A stretch of 64,000 nt of DNA from Squalus acanthias (taxonomy: Eukaryota): the NCBI GenBank assembly GCA_030390025.1, contig JASTWF010000322.1:434001-498000 (forward strand). The letters are read 5' to 3'. Numbering within the stretch: position 1 is the stretch's first letter; each line of letters starts with the position of its first letter. The position numbers and the translations under genes were made by a program. This document shows, piece by piece, positions 37,737-49,009 of the stretch. Under the pieces are notes generated by a model. That model made no database searches and was not told the DNA's origin. It was given only the letters and a program-made list of their open reading frames with translations.

Positions 37737-38760
37737 CCACTCCAGAGACTCGAGCTCCATAATCCAGGCCCACACTCCCCGGTGCCAGTACTGAGGGAGC
37801 GCTGCACTGTCGGAGGTAGATGTATATACTCTAGGACTCGAGCCCCATAATCCAGGCCCACACTCCCCGGTGCCAGTACTGAGGGAGTGCTGCACTGTCG
37901 GAGGTAGATGTATATACTCTAGGACTCAAGCTCCATAATCCAGGCCCACACTCCCCGGTGCCAGTACTGAGGGAGCGCTGCACTGTCGGAGGTAGATGTA
38001 TATACTCTAGGACTCAAGCTCCATAATCCAGGTCCACACTCCCCGGTGCCAGTACTGAGGGAGCGCTGCACTGTCTGTGGTAGATGTATATACTCTAGGA
38101 CTCGAGCCCCATAATCCAGGCCCACACTCCCCGGTGCCAGTACTGAGGGAGTGCTGCACTGTCGGAGGTAGATGTATATACTCTAGGACTCGAGCCCCAT
38201 AATCCAGGCCCACACTCCCCGGTGCCAGTACTGAGGGAGCGCTGCACTGTCGGAGGTAGATGTATATACTCCAGGACTCGAGCCCCATAATCCAGGCCCA
38301 CACTCCCCGGTTCCAGTACTGAGGGAGCGCTGCACTGTCGGAGGTAGATGTATATACTCCAGGACTCGAGCCCCATAATCCAGGCCCACACTCCCCGGTG
38401 CCAGTACTGAGGGAGCGCTGCACTGTCGGAGGTAGATGTATATACTCTAGGACCCCAGCCCCATAATCGAGGCCGACACTCCCCGGTGCCAGTACTGAGG
38501 GAGTGCTGCACTGTCGGAGGTGCCGTCTTTCGGGATGAGACGTTAAACCGAGGCCCCGTCTGCCCTCTCAGGTGGACGTAAAAGATCCCACGGCTGCTAT
38601 TGGAAGAAGAGCAGGGGGGGAGTTCTCCCCGGTGGCCTGGGGCCGATATTTATCCCTCAACCAACATCACGAATAAAAAACCTGATTATCTGGTCATTCA
38701 TCACATGGCTGTTTGTGCGATCTTGCTGTGCGCAAATTGGCTGCCGCGTTGCCTGCATTA
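37737..38760. repeat. 88-bp array running into the Deu-SINE core and tail
   Basis: About 9 units, then GGATGAGACGTTAAACCGAGGCCCCGTC. Confidence 0.93.
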
Positions 38761-39180
38761 GGTCCCCCAAAGACTCCCTAAACCCAACGCCGTGCCAAAA
38801 ATAAATTAACTGGGTGCTCAGATTATCAACTGGTAATGGGATCTTGCTGTGCACCACCTGGCTGCTCCGTTTGCCTGCGCGGCCACCGCGACTGCGCTAG
38901 GAATGTCATTCCTTGTCTCAGAGGTGCCCTGGGATGTGTAGGTGGCATTGGGGCGGGAGGGGGGAGAACGCAAAACGAGCGGAGTCTCACCTTGCACCCA
39001 TTACACGCCCCACCCAATATTCGGTCCCGTCGTCTGAATATCAGGCCGGGCGTGTAACAGGCCAGAAGTCCGATATCGTCCATTTTAGTCAAATTTCACC
39101 GCCCCCCCTCCCCTCCCCCCCTCCATCGCGGTTCTTCCTGGATATCCGGTGATTCTCCTCCTCCTTTTTTCCGCTCGAAG

Positions 39181-40997
39181 GATTTTCCCTCGAGACCGCT
39201 GAGAGGGAGCACACTGCGGGATCCGGCGTGACGGAATCCAGAGTGACAGGATCTGGAGTGACGGGATCGGGAGTGACGGAGTCCAGAGTAACAGGATCGG
39301 GAGTAACTGGTTCGGGAGTGACGGGATACGGAGTGACACAATCGGGAGTGACGGGATCGGGAGTGACAGGATCTGGAGTGACGGAGTCCAGAGTGACGGG
39401 ATCGGGAGTAACTGGTTCGGGAGTGATGGGATACGGAGTGACACGATTGGGAGTGACAGGATCTGGAGTGACGGGATCGGGAGTGACACAATCGGGAGTG
39501 ATGGGATCGGGAGTGACGGGATACGGAGTGACACAATTGGGAGTGACGGGATTGGGAGTGACGGGATCTGGAGTGATGGGATCGCGAATGATGGGATCGG
39601 GAGTGACAGGATCGGGAGTGACAGGATACGGAGTGACGGGATCGGGAGTGACGGGATCGGGGATGAAGGGATCAGGAGTGACAGGATCAGGAGTGACGGA
39701 GCCCAGAGTGACAGGATATGGAGTGACGGGATCGGGAGTGACGGGATATGGAGTGACACGATTGGGAGTGACACGATCGGGAGTGACGGGATCAGGAGTG
39801 AAGGGATCGGGAGTGACGGGATACGGAGTGACGGGATTGGGAGTGACAGGATCAGGAGTGACAGTGTCCAGAGTGACAGGTTCTGGAGTGACGGGATTGG
39901 GAATGACAGGATCAGGAGTGACACGATTGGGAGTGACGGGATCGGGAGTGACAGAGTCCAGAGTGACGGGATCGGGAGTGACGGGATCGGGAGCGACACG
40001 ATCGGGAGGGACGGGATCGGGAGTTACACGATCGGGAGGGACGGGATCAGGAGTGACAGGATCAGTAGTGATGGGATCGGGAGTGACAGGATCGGGAGTT
40101 ACACGATCGGGAGTGACGGGTTTGGGAGTGACGAGATCGGGAGTGACAAGATCAGGAGTGACGGGATACGGAGTGACGGGATCGGGAGTGACGGGATCGG
40201 GAGTGACAGGATCGGGAGTGACGGGATACGGAGTGATGGGTTCGGGAGTGACGGGTTCGGGAGTGATGGGATACGGAGTGACGGGATCGGGAGTGACAGG
40301 ATCGGGAGTGACGGGATACGGAGTGACGGGATCGGGAGTGACAGGATCGGGAGTGACGGGATACGGAGTGACGGGTTCGGGAGTGACGGGATACGGAGTG
40401 ACGGGATCGGGAGTGACAGGATCGGGAGTGACGGGATACGGAGTGACGAGTTCGGGAGTGACGGGTTCGGGAGTGACGGGATACGGAGTGACGGGATCGG
40501 GAGTGACGGGATACGGAGTGACGGGATCGGGAGTGACGGGTTCGGGAGTGACGGGATACGGAGTGACAGGTGGGACCGCGGGCTCATTTCGGTTGACCCC
40601 CGCTGACCCCTGTCGACCTCCCTCCCGCGACCTCTGCCAGGACCTGCCGTTGCCCAATCCCCGGTTCGGGCCCGCCCCCCGTTCCCACGGAGGCCCAGAG
40701 CGCGGGGTCGCTGGGCCTCGCCCGGCCTACAACCCCTGGGCCCCAGCTTTCTCCCCGGCCTCGAGTTCCTGGGGCCCCGGGCTGCACGGAGCCTCGCCAA
40801 GGGATGCGACGAGCCCGAGCCTGAGGCCGGGGCCTTCCGGTCAAGGCCTCAACGGGCCTACCCCGGGGGGGGGCCTGTTCCTGAGCCCTGTGGCCTACCC
40901 CACTCCCCAGAGCCTGCACGTTGGCCTGCACAGCTCCCCTCCCGCCTACTATGCCCCCTACCTGGGGGAGGAGCAGAAAATGTGCGCCCTGCTGTAG
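39181..40997 (+). CDS. Multi-LOTUS gene terminal exon F: (VTG[S/Y]G)n repeat, Pro-rich tail and CaaX (CALL*)
   Basis: Long pyrimidine tract plus GAAG acceptor at 39180; phase 1 joins exon E in frame with the 589-aa ORF; TAG at 40995-40997. Confidence 0.75.
39219..40572 (+). repeat. 15-bp coding minisatellite (GGAGTGACGGGATCG/ATAC), about 90 units
   Basis: Directly visible; the reading frame stays open throughout. Confidence 0.95.
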
Positions 40998-41701
40998 CAG
41001 GCCGGGGCCTGCGGTCTTCTCGAGAGTGGCGCGGCCCTCCCCGGGGTCAGATAATGGGCGGGCGTAGGGAGGGCTTGCAGTGTTCCTACCCATTGCCCCC
41101 TCCTGCAGCCAATCAATAGCACCCTCTGGGATTCGGGAGCTGGGTTTGGAGGGTTGTCCCTTCCCTCGGAGCGAAGTCAATGGTCATTGGCGACTTTTGG
41201 CATTCAGGAGCCTGGGAATGGGGTTGCCCTGGTTGGGAAAGAGCGCCGTGATAAGTCTCTCGCCAGTCACGAGTTGGCCTTGAAGCAGAAGGCTGTAATC
41301 CCTCCCCCAGAGTGTGAATCCAAAAAAGGATTGGAACGGTGGGGCAGCCAGTGAGGGAATGATCCCAGCTCTACAGAACCCAAGGTGTACAGGGCCTTGG
41401 TGAGACCACACCTGGAGTACTGTGCACAGTTTTGGTCTCCTTATCTAAGGAAGGACATACTTGCCTTGGAGGCGGTGCAGCGAAGGTTCACTAGATTGAT
41501 TCCTGGGATGAGAGGGTTGTCCTATGATGAGATTGAGTAGAATGGGCCTATACTCTCTGGAGTTTAGAAGAATGAGAGGTGATCTCTCAGTAGAAGATTC
41601 TGAGGGGGATTGACAGGGTAGATGCTGAGAGGCTGTTTTCCCCTGGCTGGAGAGTCTAGAACCAGGGGGTCACAGTCTCAGGATAAGGGGTCGGCCATTT
41701 A

Positions 41702-42085
41702 GGACAAATGTGAGAAATCGCACAACACCAGGTTATAGTCCAACAGCTTTATTTGAAATCACAAGCTTTCGGAGCGGCTGCTCCTTCGTCAGGTGAAGTG
41801 AAGAGATGCATATAGGCACAGCGTATATAGTCAGAGAACACAGCCAGATGATTACAGTTAATCTTTCCAACTGCCCTTTATCACACCTCAGTTAGAAAGA
41901 TTAACTGCAGTCATCTGGCAGTGTTCTCTGACTATATATGCTGTGCCTATATGCATCTCTTCACTTCACCTGACGAAGGAGCAGCGCTCCGAAAGCTTGT
42001 GATTTCAAATAAAGCTGTTGGACTATAACCTGGTGTTGTGCGACTTCACACATTTGTCCACCCCAGTCCAACACCGGCATCTCCA
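41702..42085 (+). mobile_element. Non-coding palindromic Penelope pLTR derivative
   Basis: Arms about 41702-41873 and 41889-42059 with a ~15-nt loop; termini and tail shared with the 33166 element; flanked by CATTT(A/C)GGAC inside a CR1. Confidence 0.82.
41966..42002 (+). ncRNA. Minimal hammerhead ribozyme (mirror copy on the minus strand at 41759-41796)
   Basis: TCAC-CTGACGA-A-GGAGC(agc)GCTCC-GAAA-GC-TT-GTGA. Confidence 0.75.
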
Positions 42086-42741
42086 CATTTCGGACTGAGA
42101 TGAGGAGGAATTTCTTCACTCAGAGGGCGGTGAATCTTTGGAATTCTCTGCCCCAGAGGGCTGTGGAGGCTCAGTCGTTGAGTATATTCAAGGCTGAGAT
42201 CGATAGATTTTTGGACTCTAGGGGAATCGAGGGATATGGGGATCGGGCGGGAAAGTGGAGTTGAGGTCGAAGATCAGCCATGATCTTATTGAATGGCGGA
42301 GCAGGCTCGAGGGGCCGAGTCCTGCTCCTATTTTTTACGCGCGCGGGGGAAGTTGGGAATCCTTGGCTTTGACGGTTTGAGGGACCCACTTAGAGCCGGT
42401 GCAGAGGACTTACTGTAACTCAACTGAGGCAGGCTGAACAGGAGCAATGGGTTCAGGGCCCACAAATTGGAGGAAGGGAGGGAAATTCAGGAGGACACTG
42501 GGACCAAGAAGAGGAACGTCCGCCGGCGGAGATGTTCCTCCAAGACTAATTTATTTGTTCTCCCTTTCCTCAACGCGGGAAACTCCTGCCCTTCCCTCCT
42601 GCGGGCTTGCTCAAGGTCTCGATCTTAGCGGCGCCGCCCCAGTGACCTTCTCGTCTCTCCTGCCCTGTCGAAGGTCGGGTCGTGCGGTGGTCCTGGCACT
42701 GGGCGAGTGACACTGACAGGTCACGCTGTGCAATTGTATTT

Positions 42742-42747
42742 AATAAA
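42742..42747 (+). terminator. Candidate polyadenylation signal AATAAA for the multi-LOTUS gene
   Basis: First AATAAA I found in non-repeat sequence downstream of the stop. Confidence 0.3.
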
Positions 42748-42858
42748 AGTGGTAAATTTTGACAGCCTGGATCTCCGACAATGACTCCGACACACATGCG
42801 CGCGCGCGCGACACTAACAGTTCTGTATACAACAACTCGCGTTCAACAGAGGGACCTT

Positions 42859-43850
42859 GGAGTTACTGGACCTGGAGCCAAGATAGGTTAGTTTGCACGA
42901 GAATATAGAAACAGGAGGAGGCCCATTCAGCCATTCAACGAGATCATGGGCTGATCTGTGTCCAAAACTCCATCCATCCACCTTGGCTCCATATCCCCCA
43001 ATCACCCAACAAAAATCTATCAACCAGAGATTTGAAATAATTGACCTTAGCATCTAGTGCTTTTTGTGGGAGAGAGTTCAAGGAAATACACATTAAATGG
43101 TAGGACACTGAGTAGTGTAGAGGAACAAAGGGACCTTGGAGTGCATGTCCACAGATCCCTGAAGGTAGCAGGCCAGGTAGATGAGGTGGTTAAGAAGGCA
43201 TACGGAATGCTTGCCTTTATTAGCCGTGGCATAGAATACAAGAGCAAGGGGGGGTTTATGCTCCAACTGTACAAAACACTAGTTAGGCCTCAGCTAGAGT
43301 ACTGCGTGCAGTTCTGGTCACCACATTACAGGAAAGATGCGATTGCACGAGAGAGGGTACAGAGGAGATTTACAAGGATGTTGCCGGGAGTAGAGAATCT
43401 TAGCTATGAGGAAAGACTGGATAGGCTGGGTCTGTTTTCCTTGGAACAGAGGAGGCTGAGGGGAGACCTTATTGAGGTGTATAAAATTATGAGGGGTCTA
43501 GATAGAGTGGATAGAAAGGACCTATTTCCCTTAGCAGAGGGGCCAAAAACCAGGGGGCACAGATTTAAAGTAATCGGTGGAAGGTTTAGAGGGGATTTGA
43601 GGGGAAATTTCTTCACCCAGAGGGTTGTGGGGGTCTGGAACTCACTGCCTGAAAGGGTGATAGAGGCAGGAACCCTCATCACATTTAAAAAGTACTTGGA
43701 TGTGCACTTGGGATGCTGTAACCTGCAGGGCTACGGACCAAGAGCTGGGAAGTGGGATTAGGCTGGATAGCTCTTTGTTGGCCGGCGCGGACACGATGGG
43801 CCGAATGGGCTCCTTCCGTGCTGTAACTTTCTATGATTCTATGATTCATA
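42859..43850 (+). mobile_element. Composite CR1 fragment, near-duplicate of 52435-53401
   Basis: ORF 43057-43761; junction sequences shared with the second copy. Confidence 0.85.
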
Positions 43851-44077
43851 TAACAGCGCCTTTAACATAATTAATCGTCCCAAGGCGCATCACAGGAGCA
43901 GTTATCAAACACAAACATGACCCCCGAACCACTTCGGCAGATATTCGGACAGGTGACCAAAAGCTTGGTCAAATATATCGGTTTTAAAGAGCGTCTTAAA
44001 GGAGGAGAGAGAGGCGGAGAGGGAATTCAACAGGTTGCCCGGGTGTCCGAGCTCATTATTTATCCCTCAACCAACAT

Positions 44078-44990
44078 CTTTTAAAGAGGGAGTCTCTCTC
44101 CATCAGGGACCCCTTTTAAAGAGGGAGTCTCTCTCCATCAGGGATCACTTTTAAAGAGGGACTCTCTCACCATCAGGGACCCCTTTGAAAGAGGGAGTCT
44201 CTCTCCCTCAGGGACCCCTTTTAAAGAGGGAGTCTCTCCATCAGGGACCCCTTTTAAAGAGGGAGTCTCTCCATCAGGGACCCCTTTTAAAGAGGGAGTC
44301 TCTCCATCAGGGACCCCTTTTAAAGAGGGAGTCTCTCACCATCAGGGACCCCTTTGAAAGAGGGAGTCTCTCTCCCTCAGGGACCCCTTTTAAAGAGGGA
44401 GTCTCTCTCCCTCAGGGACCCCTTTTAAAGAGGGAGTCTCACCATCAGGGACCCCTTTTAAAGAGGGAGTCTCTCTCCATCAGGGACCCCTTTTAAAGAG
44501 GGAGTCTCTCTCCATCATGGACCCCTTTTAAAGAGGGAGTCTCTCTCCCTCAGGGACCCCTTTTAAAGAGGGAGTCTCTCTCCCTCAGGGACCCCTTTTA
44601 AAGAGGGAGTCTCTCCATCAGGGACTCCTTTTAAAGAGGGAGTCTCTCTCCATCAGGGACCCCTTTGAAAGAGGGAGTCTCTCTCCCTCAGGGACCCCTT
44701 TTAAAGAGGGAGTCTCTCTCCCTCAGGGACCCCTTTTAAAGAGGGAGTCTCACCATCAGGGACCCCTTTTAAAGAGGGAGTCTCTCTCCATCAGGGACCC
44801 CTTTTAAAGAGGGAGTCTCTCTCCATCAGGGATCACTTTTAAAGAGGGAGTCTCTCCATCAGGGATCACTTTTAAAGAGGGAGTCTCACCATCAGGGACT
44901 CCTTTTAAAGAGGGAGTCTCTCCATCAGGGATCACTTTTAAAGAGGGAGTCTCTCCATCAGGGATCACTTTTAAAGAGGGAGTCTCTGTC
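44078..44990. repeat. 30-34 bp minisatellite (TTTTAAAGAGGGAGTCTCTCTCCATCAGGGACCCC)
   Basis: More than 25 units. Confidence 0.95.
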
Positions 44991-45784
44991 AGCGGGGTAA
45001 GAGACACAGTCCCAGCACAGACTGGGCGAGACTGAGCTACCTGTGTGTGTGTGTGTGAGGCCGGGGTTATTTATAGCATCGACTCCCTTTAAAAACGGCA
45101 ATTAGTTTAACAGCTGAGGCCACTCCTGACACATTGAATCACCCTTCTGTTCGAGCGAGGAGGCCCACATCCGTTCACGCGTGGCGTCCACCTATAGCGG
45201 AGAAGGGCCGGGCGGCCATTTTGAGGCCTTCCCAAGGGAGCCGGGCCGGCCTCCATTTTAACACGGTTTTGTCATTTCTTAACCCACGGTTTCCCGGGAA
45301 CCCCCGGCAGGCCAAAGGGGATGAGAAGGGCTGGGCCTGTCCTGGAAGTGCCGGCTGGTGGGCTGGGGGGAGGAGCGGGAGTGTTTTCTCCAGGCCCGAT
45401 CAGGTAACGCTATAAACCGCCCTCCCCGACCTCTGAACCCCGCCCTCCCCGACCTCTGAACCCACCCTCCTCGACCTCTGAACCCCACCCTCCCCGACTA
45501 ACCTTACCCGGTGCTAGGCCGGGGCCTGTCCCGAAAGCTTCCCCCACCTCGTCAGTGAGGCTGGCTCCCGGGGCCGTTAACCGTTGTGTTGGCGGATTGG
45601 GTTTTATATTTGCCCCTCCCCCCCAGCAAGAACAAGCCACGACCTCTGCTCCGACCTTTCTGGAGGTGGAGAGGCAGCTTTGACCCTCTCCCTCCCCCCA
45701 GACCCTCTCTGAGTCACAATGGTGGCCTCGGCATTCTCGTTTGCGAATTTAAGACAGTCCCAGTGCGGTAACACTGCTCACTGC

Positions 45785-46070
45785 AACCCTAACTCCTAGC
45801 CCTGAACTCTAATCCTTAAGTCTGACCTCTAACACCTAACCGTAACCCCTAACCCTGAACACTAATCCTTAGGTGTGACCCCTAACACCAACCTAGACCT
45901 CTAACCCTTAACCTTAACCCCTAACCCTGAACCCTAATGCTTAGGTGTGACCCCTAACTCCAACCCAGAACTCTAACCCTTAAGCCCTAACGCTAAACCC
46001 TAATCCTTGAATGTGACCCCTAACCCCAACTTCCAACACCTAACCTTAACCCCTAACCCTTACCTCTAAG
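45785..46070. repeat. Degenerate telomere-like (CCCTAA)n tract
   Basis: Many CCCTAA, CCTTAA and CTCTAA hexamers. Confidence 0.7.
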
Positions 46071-46132
46071 GTTTAGTGAGGGTCATGGGGGGGGGTTAAA
46101 GGATTGGTTCTTAGCTTCACCTACAGCAACCC

Positions 46133-46620
46133 GTGTGGTTCAAATGGTGAACTCTCTCTCTCGTCTGAGTCAGAAGGTCGTGGATTCGAGCCCCCACTCC
46201 AGAGACTCGAGCCCCATAATCCAGGCCCACACTCCCCGGTGCCAGTACTGAGGGAGCGCTGCACTCTCGGAGGTAGATGTATATACTCTGGGACTCGAGC
46301 CCCATAATCCAGGCCCACTCTCCCCGGTGCCAGTACTGAGGGAGGTGCCGTTAAACAGAGGCCCCGTCTGCCCTCTCAGGTGGACATAAAAAATCCCACG
46401 GTCACTACTGGAAGAACAGCAGGGGGGGGGGAGTTCTCCCCGGTGTCCTGGGACCAATATTTATCCCTCAACCAACATCACTAAAAAACAGATTATCTGG
46501 TCATTATCACATTGCTGTTTGTGGGATCTTGCTGTGCGCAAATTGGCTGCCGCATTTCCCACATTACAACAGTGACTGCACTTCAAAATGTATTTCATTG
46601 GCTGTGAGTGTTTCAGGATG
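46133..46620 (+). mobile_element. tRNA-headed Deu-domain SINE (SacSINE1-like) containing about 1.5 copies of the 88-bp unit
   Basis: A/B boxes TGGTTCAAATGG and GGATTCGAGCCC, then the 88-bp unit, then the GAGGCCCCGTCTGCCCTCTCAGGTGGAC core and tail. The same core follows the arrays at 38520 and 63180. Confidence 0.7.
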
Positions 46621-46844
46621 TGCGGAGGCCGTGCTGGAAGTGGGAAGAGATCGACACTGAAGCTGGTGTTATTGTGTGGTAGCCGATTCTGGAATGCTGA
46701 TATCATCCCATGTGGTCATGGACGAGCTGTCGGATCACAGGATATGAAGCATGAGTCAGCACCAGCAGGATGTGGGAGGGGGAAGATTTATTTAAATGCG
46801 GCATTCTGCTAAAAACACAGACTACTGGGGCCGATGACAGAGTC

Positions 46845-48810
46845 CAAAGCAATTAGGGAGGCACATAGCATGTTGGCCTTCATTGCAAGAGGATTTGAGT
46901 ACAGGAGCAAGAATGTCTTACTCCAGTTGTACAGGGCCTTGTGAGACCACACCTGGAGTACTGTGCGCGCAGTTTTGATCTCCTTACCTAAGAAAGGATA
47001 TACTTGCCCTGGAGGGAGTGCAGCGAAGGTTCACCAGACTGATTCCTGGGCTGGCAGGACTGTCGTCTGAGGAGAGATTGGGTCGACTGGGCCTGTATTC
47101 ACTCGAGTTTAGAAGAATGAGAGGGGATCTCATTGAAACGTATAAAATTCTGACAGGGCTAGACAGACTGGATGCAGGGAGGATGTTTCCCTGGCTGGGG
47201 GGAGTCTAGAACGAGGGGTCACAGTCTCAGGATACGGGGTAGGACATTTAGGACTGAGATGAGGAGGAATTTCTTCACTCAGAGGGTGGTGAACCTGTGG
47301 AATTCTCTACCACAGAAGGCTGTGGAGGCCAAGTCACTGAATATATTTAAGGCGGCGATAGATAGATTTCTAGACACAAAAGGCATCAAGGGGTATGGGG
47401 AGAGAGCGGGAATATGGTATTGAGATAGAGGATCAGCCATGATCATATTGAATGGCGGAGCAGGCTCGAAGGGCCGAATGGCCGACTCCTGCTCCTATCT
47501 TTCTAAGAGTAAGGAAGTCTTGCTACAATTGTACAGGGCCTTGGTGAGACCACACCTGGAACACTGTGCACAGTTTTGGTCTCCTTATCTAAGGAAGGAT
47601 ATACTTGCCTTGGAGGCGGTGCAACGAAGGTTCACTAGATTGATTCCTGGGATGAGAGGGTTGTCCTATGAGAAGAGATTGGGCCTATACTCTGGCGTCA
47701 TAACGGCACAGAAGGAGGCCATTCGGCCCATTGAGTCTGTGCCGGCTCTCTGTAGAGCAATCCAGTCAGTCCCATTCCCCCGCTCTATCCCCGTAGCCCT
47801 GCAAGTTTATTTCCCTCAAGTGCCTATCCAGTCTCCCCTTGAAAACATTGTGTCTCCGCTTCCACCACTTCCGTCGGCAGCGAGTTCCAGGTCCTCACCA
47901 CTCGCTGCGTAAAAAAGTTTTTCCTCACATCCCCCCTATATCTCTTGCCCAAAACCTTAAATCTGTGTCCCCTAGTCCTTGTACCATCAACTAGTGGGAA
48001 CAGCCTTTCCCCGTCTAGCCTATCCAAACCCGCCATAATCTTGTACATCTTTATCCAATCACCCCTCAACCTCCTTTGCTCTAAATGAAAACAAATCCAG
48101 CTTCTCCAACCTACCTGTCCTTGTAGCTAAGATCCCCCATCCCCGGAACCATTCTGGTAAATCTCCTCTGCACCCTCTCAAGGGCCTTCACATCCTTCCT
48201 AAAGTGTGGTGACCAGAACTGGACGCAATACTCCAGTTGTGGCCTAACCAGCGCTTTATAAAGGTTCAGCATAACTTCTCTACTTTTGTGCTCAATCCCT
48301 CTATTTATGAAGCCCAAGATCCCATATGCTTTGTTAACCACTCTCAATGTGCCCTGCCACCTTCAGGAACCTATGCACATTAACTCCCAGGTCCCTCTGT
48401 CCCTGCACACACTGCTTAGAAAATTTGAGAGGTGATCTCATTGAAACGTATAAAGATTCTGAGGGGGATTGACAGGGTAGATGCTGAGAGGTTGTTTCCC
48501 CCTGGCTGGGGAGTCTCGAACCAGGGGTCACAGTCTCAGGATAAGGGGTCGGCCATTTAGGACTGAGATGAGGAGGAATTTCTTCACTCAGAGGGCGGTG
48601 AATCTTTGGAATTCTCTACCCCAGAGGGCTGTGGAGGCTGTCGTTGAGTATATTCAAGGCCGAGATCGATGGATTTCTGGACTCTCGGGGAATCAAGCGA
48701 TATGGAGATCGGGTGGGAAAGTGGAGTTGAGGTCGAAGATCAGCCGTGATCTCATTGAGCAGGCTCGAGGGGGCCGAATGGCCAATTCTGCTCCTAATTC
48801 TTATGGTCTT
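46845..48810. mobile_element. Nested CR1 3' fragments
   Basis: Multiple RRFTRLIPG and NFFTQR motifs on both strands. Confidence 0.85.
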
Positions 48811-49009
48811 ATGTCAATGAGCTATTCAACGAGAAAATTTGCATTTCTCCAGCACCTTTCACGACCTCCAGACAGCCCAAGGCACTTCAAAGCCACTGAA
48901 GTACTTTCCCTCCCCCCCAAAAGTGTAGGCACTGTTGTAATGTAGGAAACGCAGCAAGCTCCCACAAACAGCAAGGGGCTGAATGACCAGATCATCTGTA
49001 TAGTGACAA

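Larger units (their letters stand above)
41385..42330 (+). mobile_element. CR1 3' fragment (host of the palindromic pLTR)
   Basis: CR1 RT C-terminal nucleotide motifs on both sides of the insertion. Confidence 0.85.

Noticed and set aside
39085..40657. Long antisense ORFs (VTPDP and IPSLP repeats)
   Set aside because: Shadow frames of a stop-poor 15-bp repeat; only the plus frame has a matching acceptor and phase.
16985..40997. Naming the gene TDRD5, TDRD7 or MARF1
   Set aside because: No Tudor, NYN or RRM exons found before the stop codon; symbol left blank pending phylogeny.
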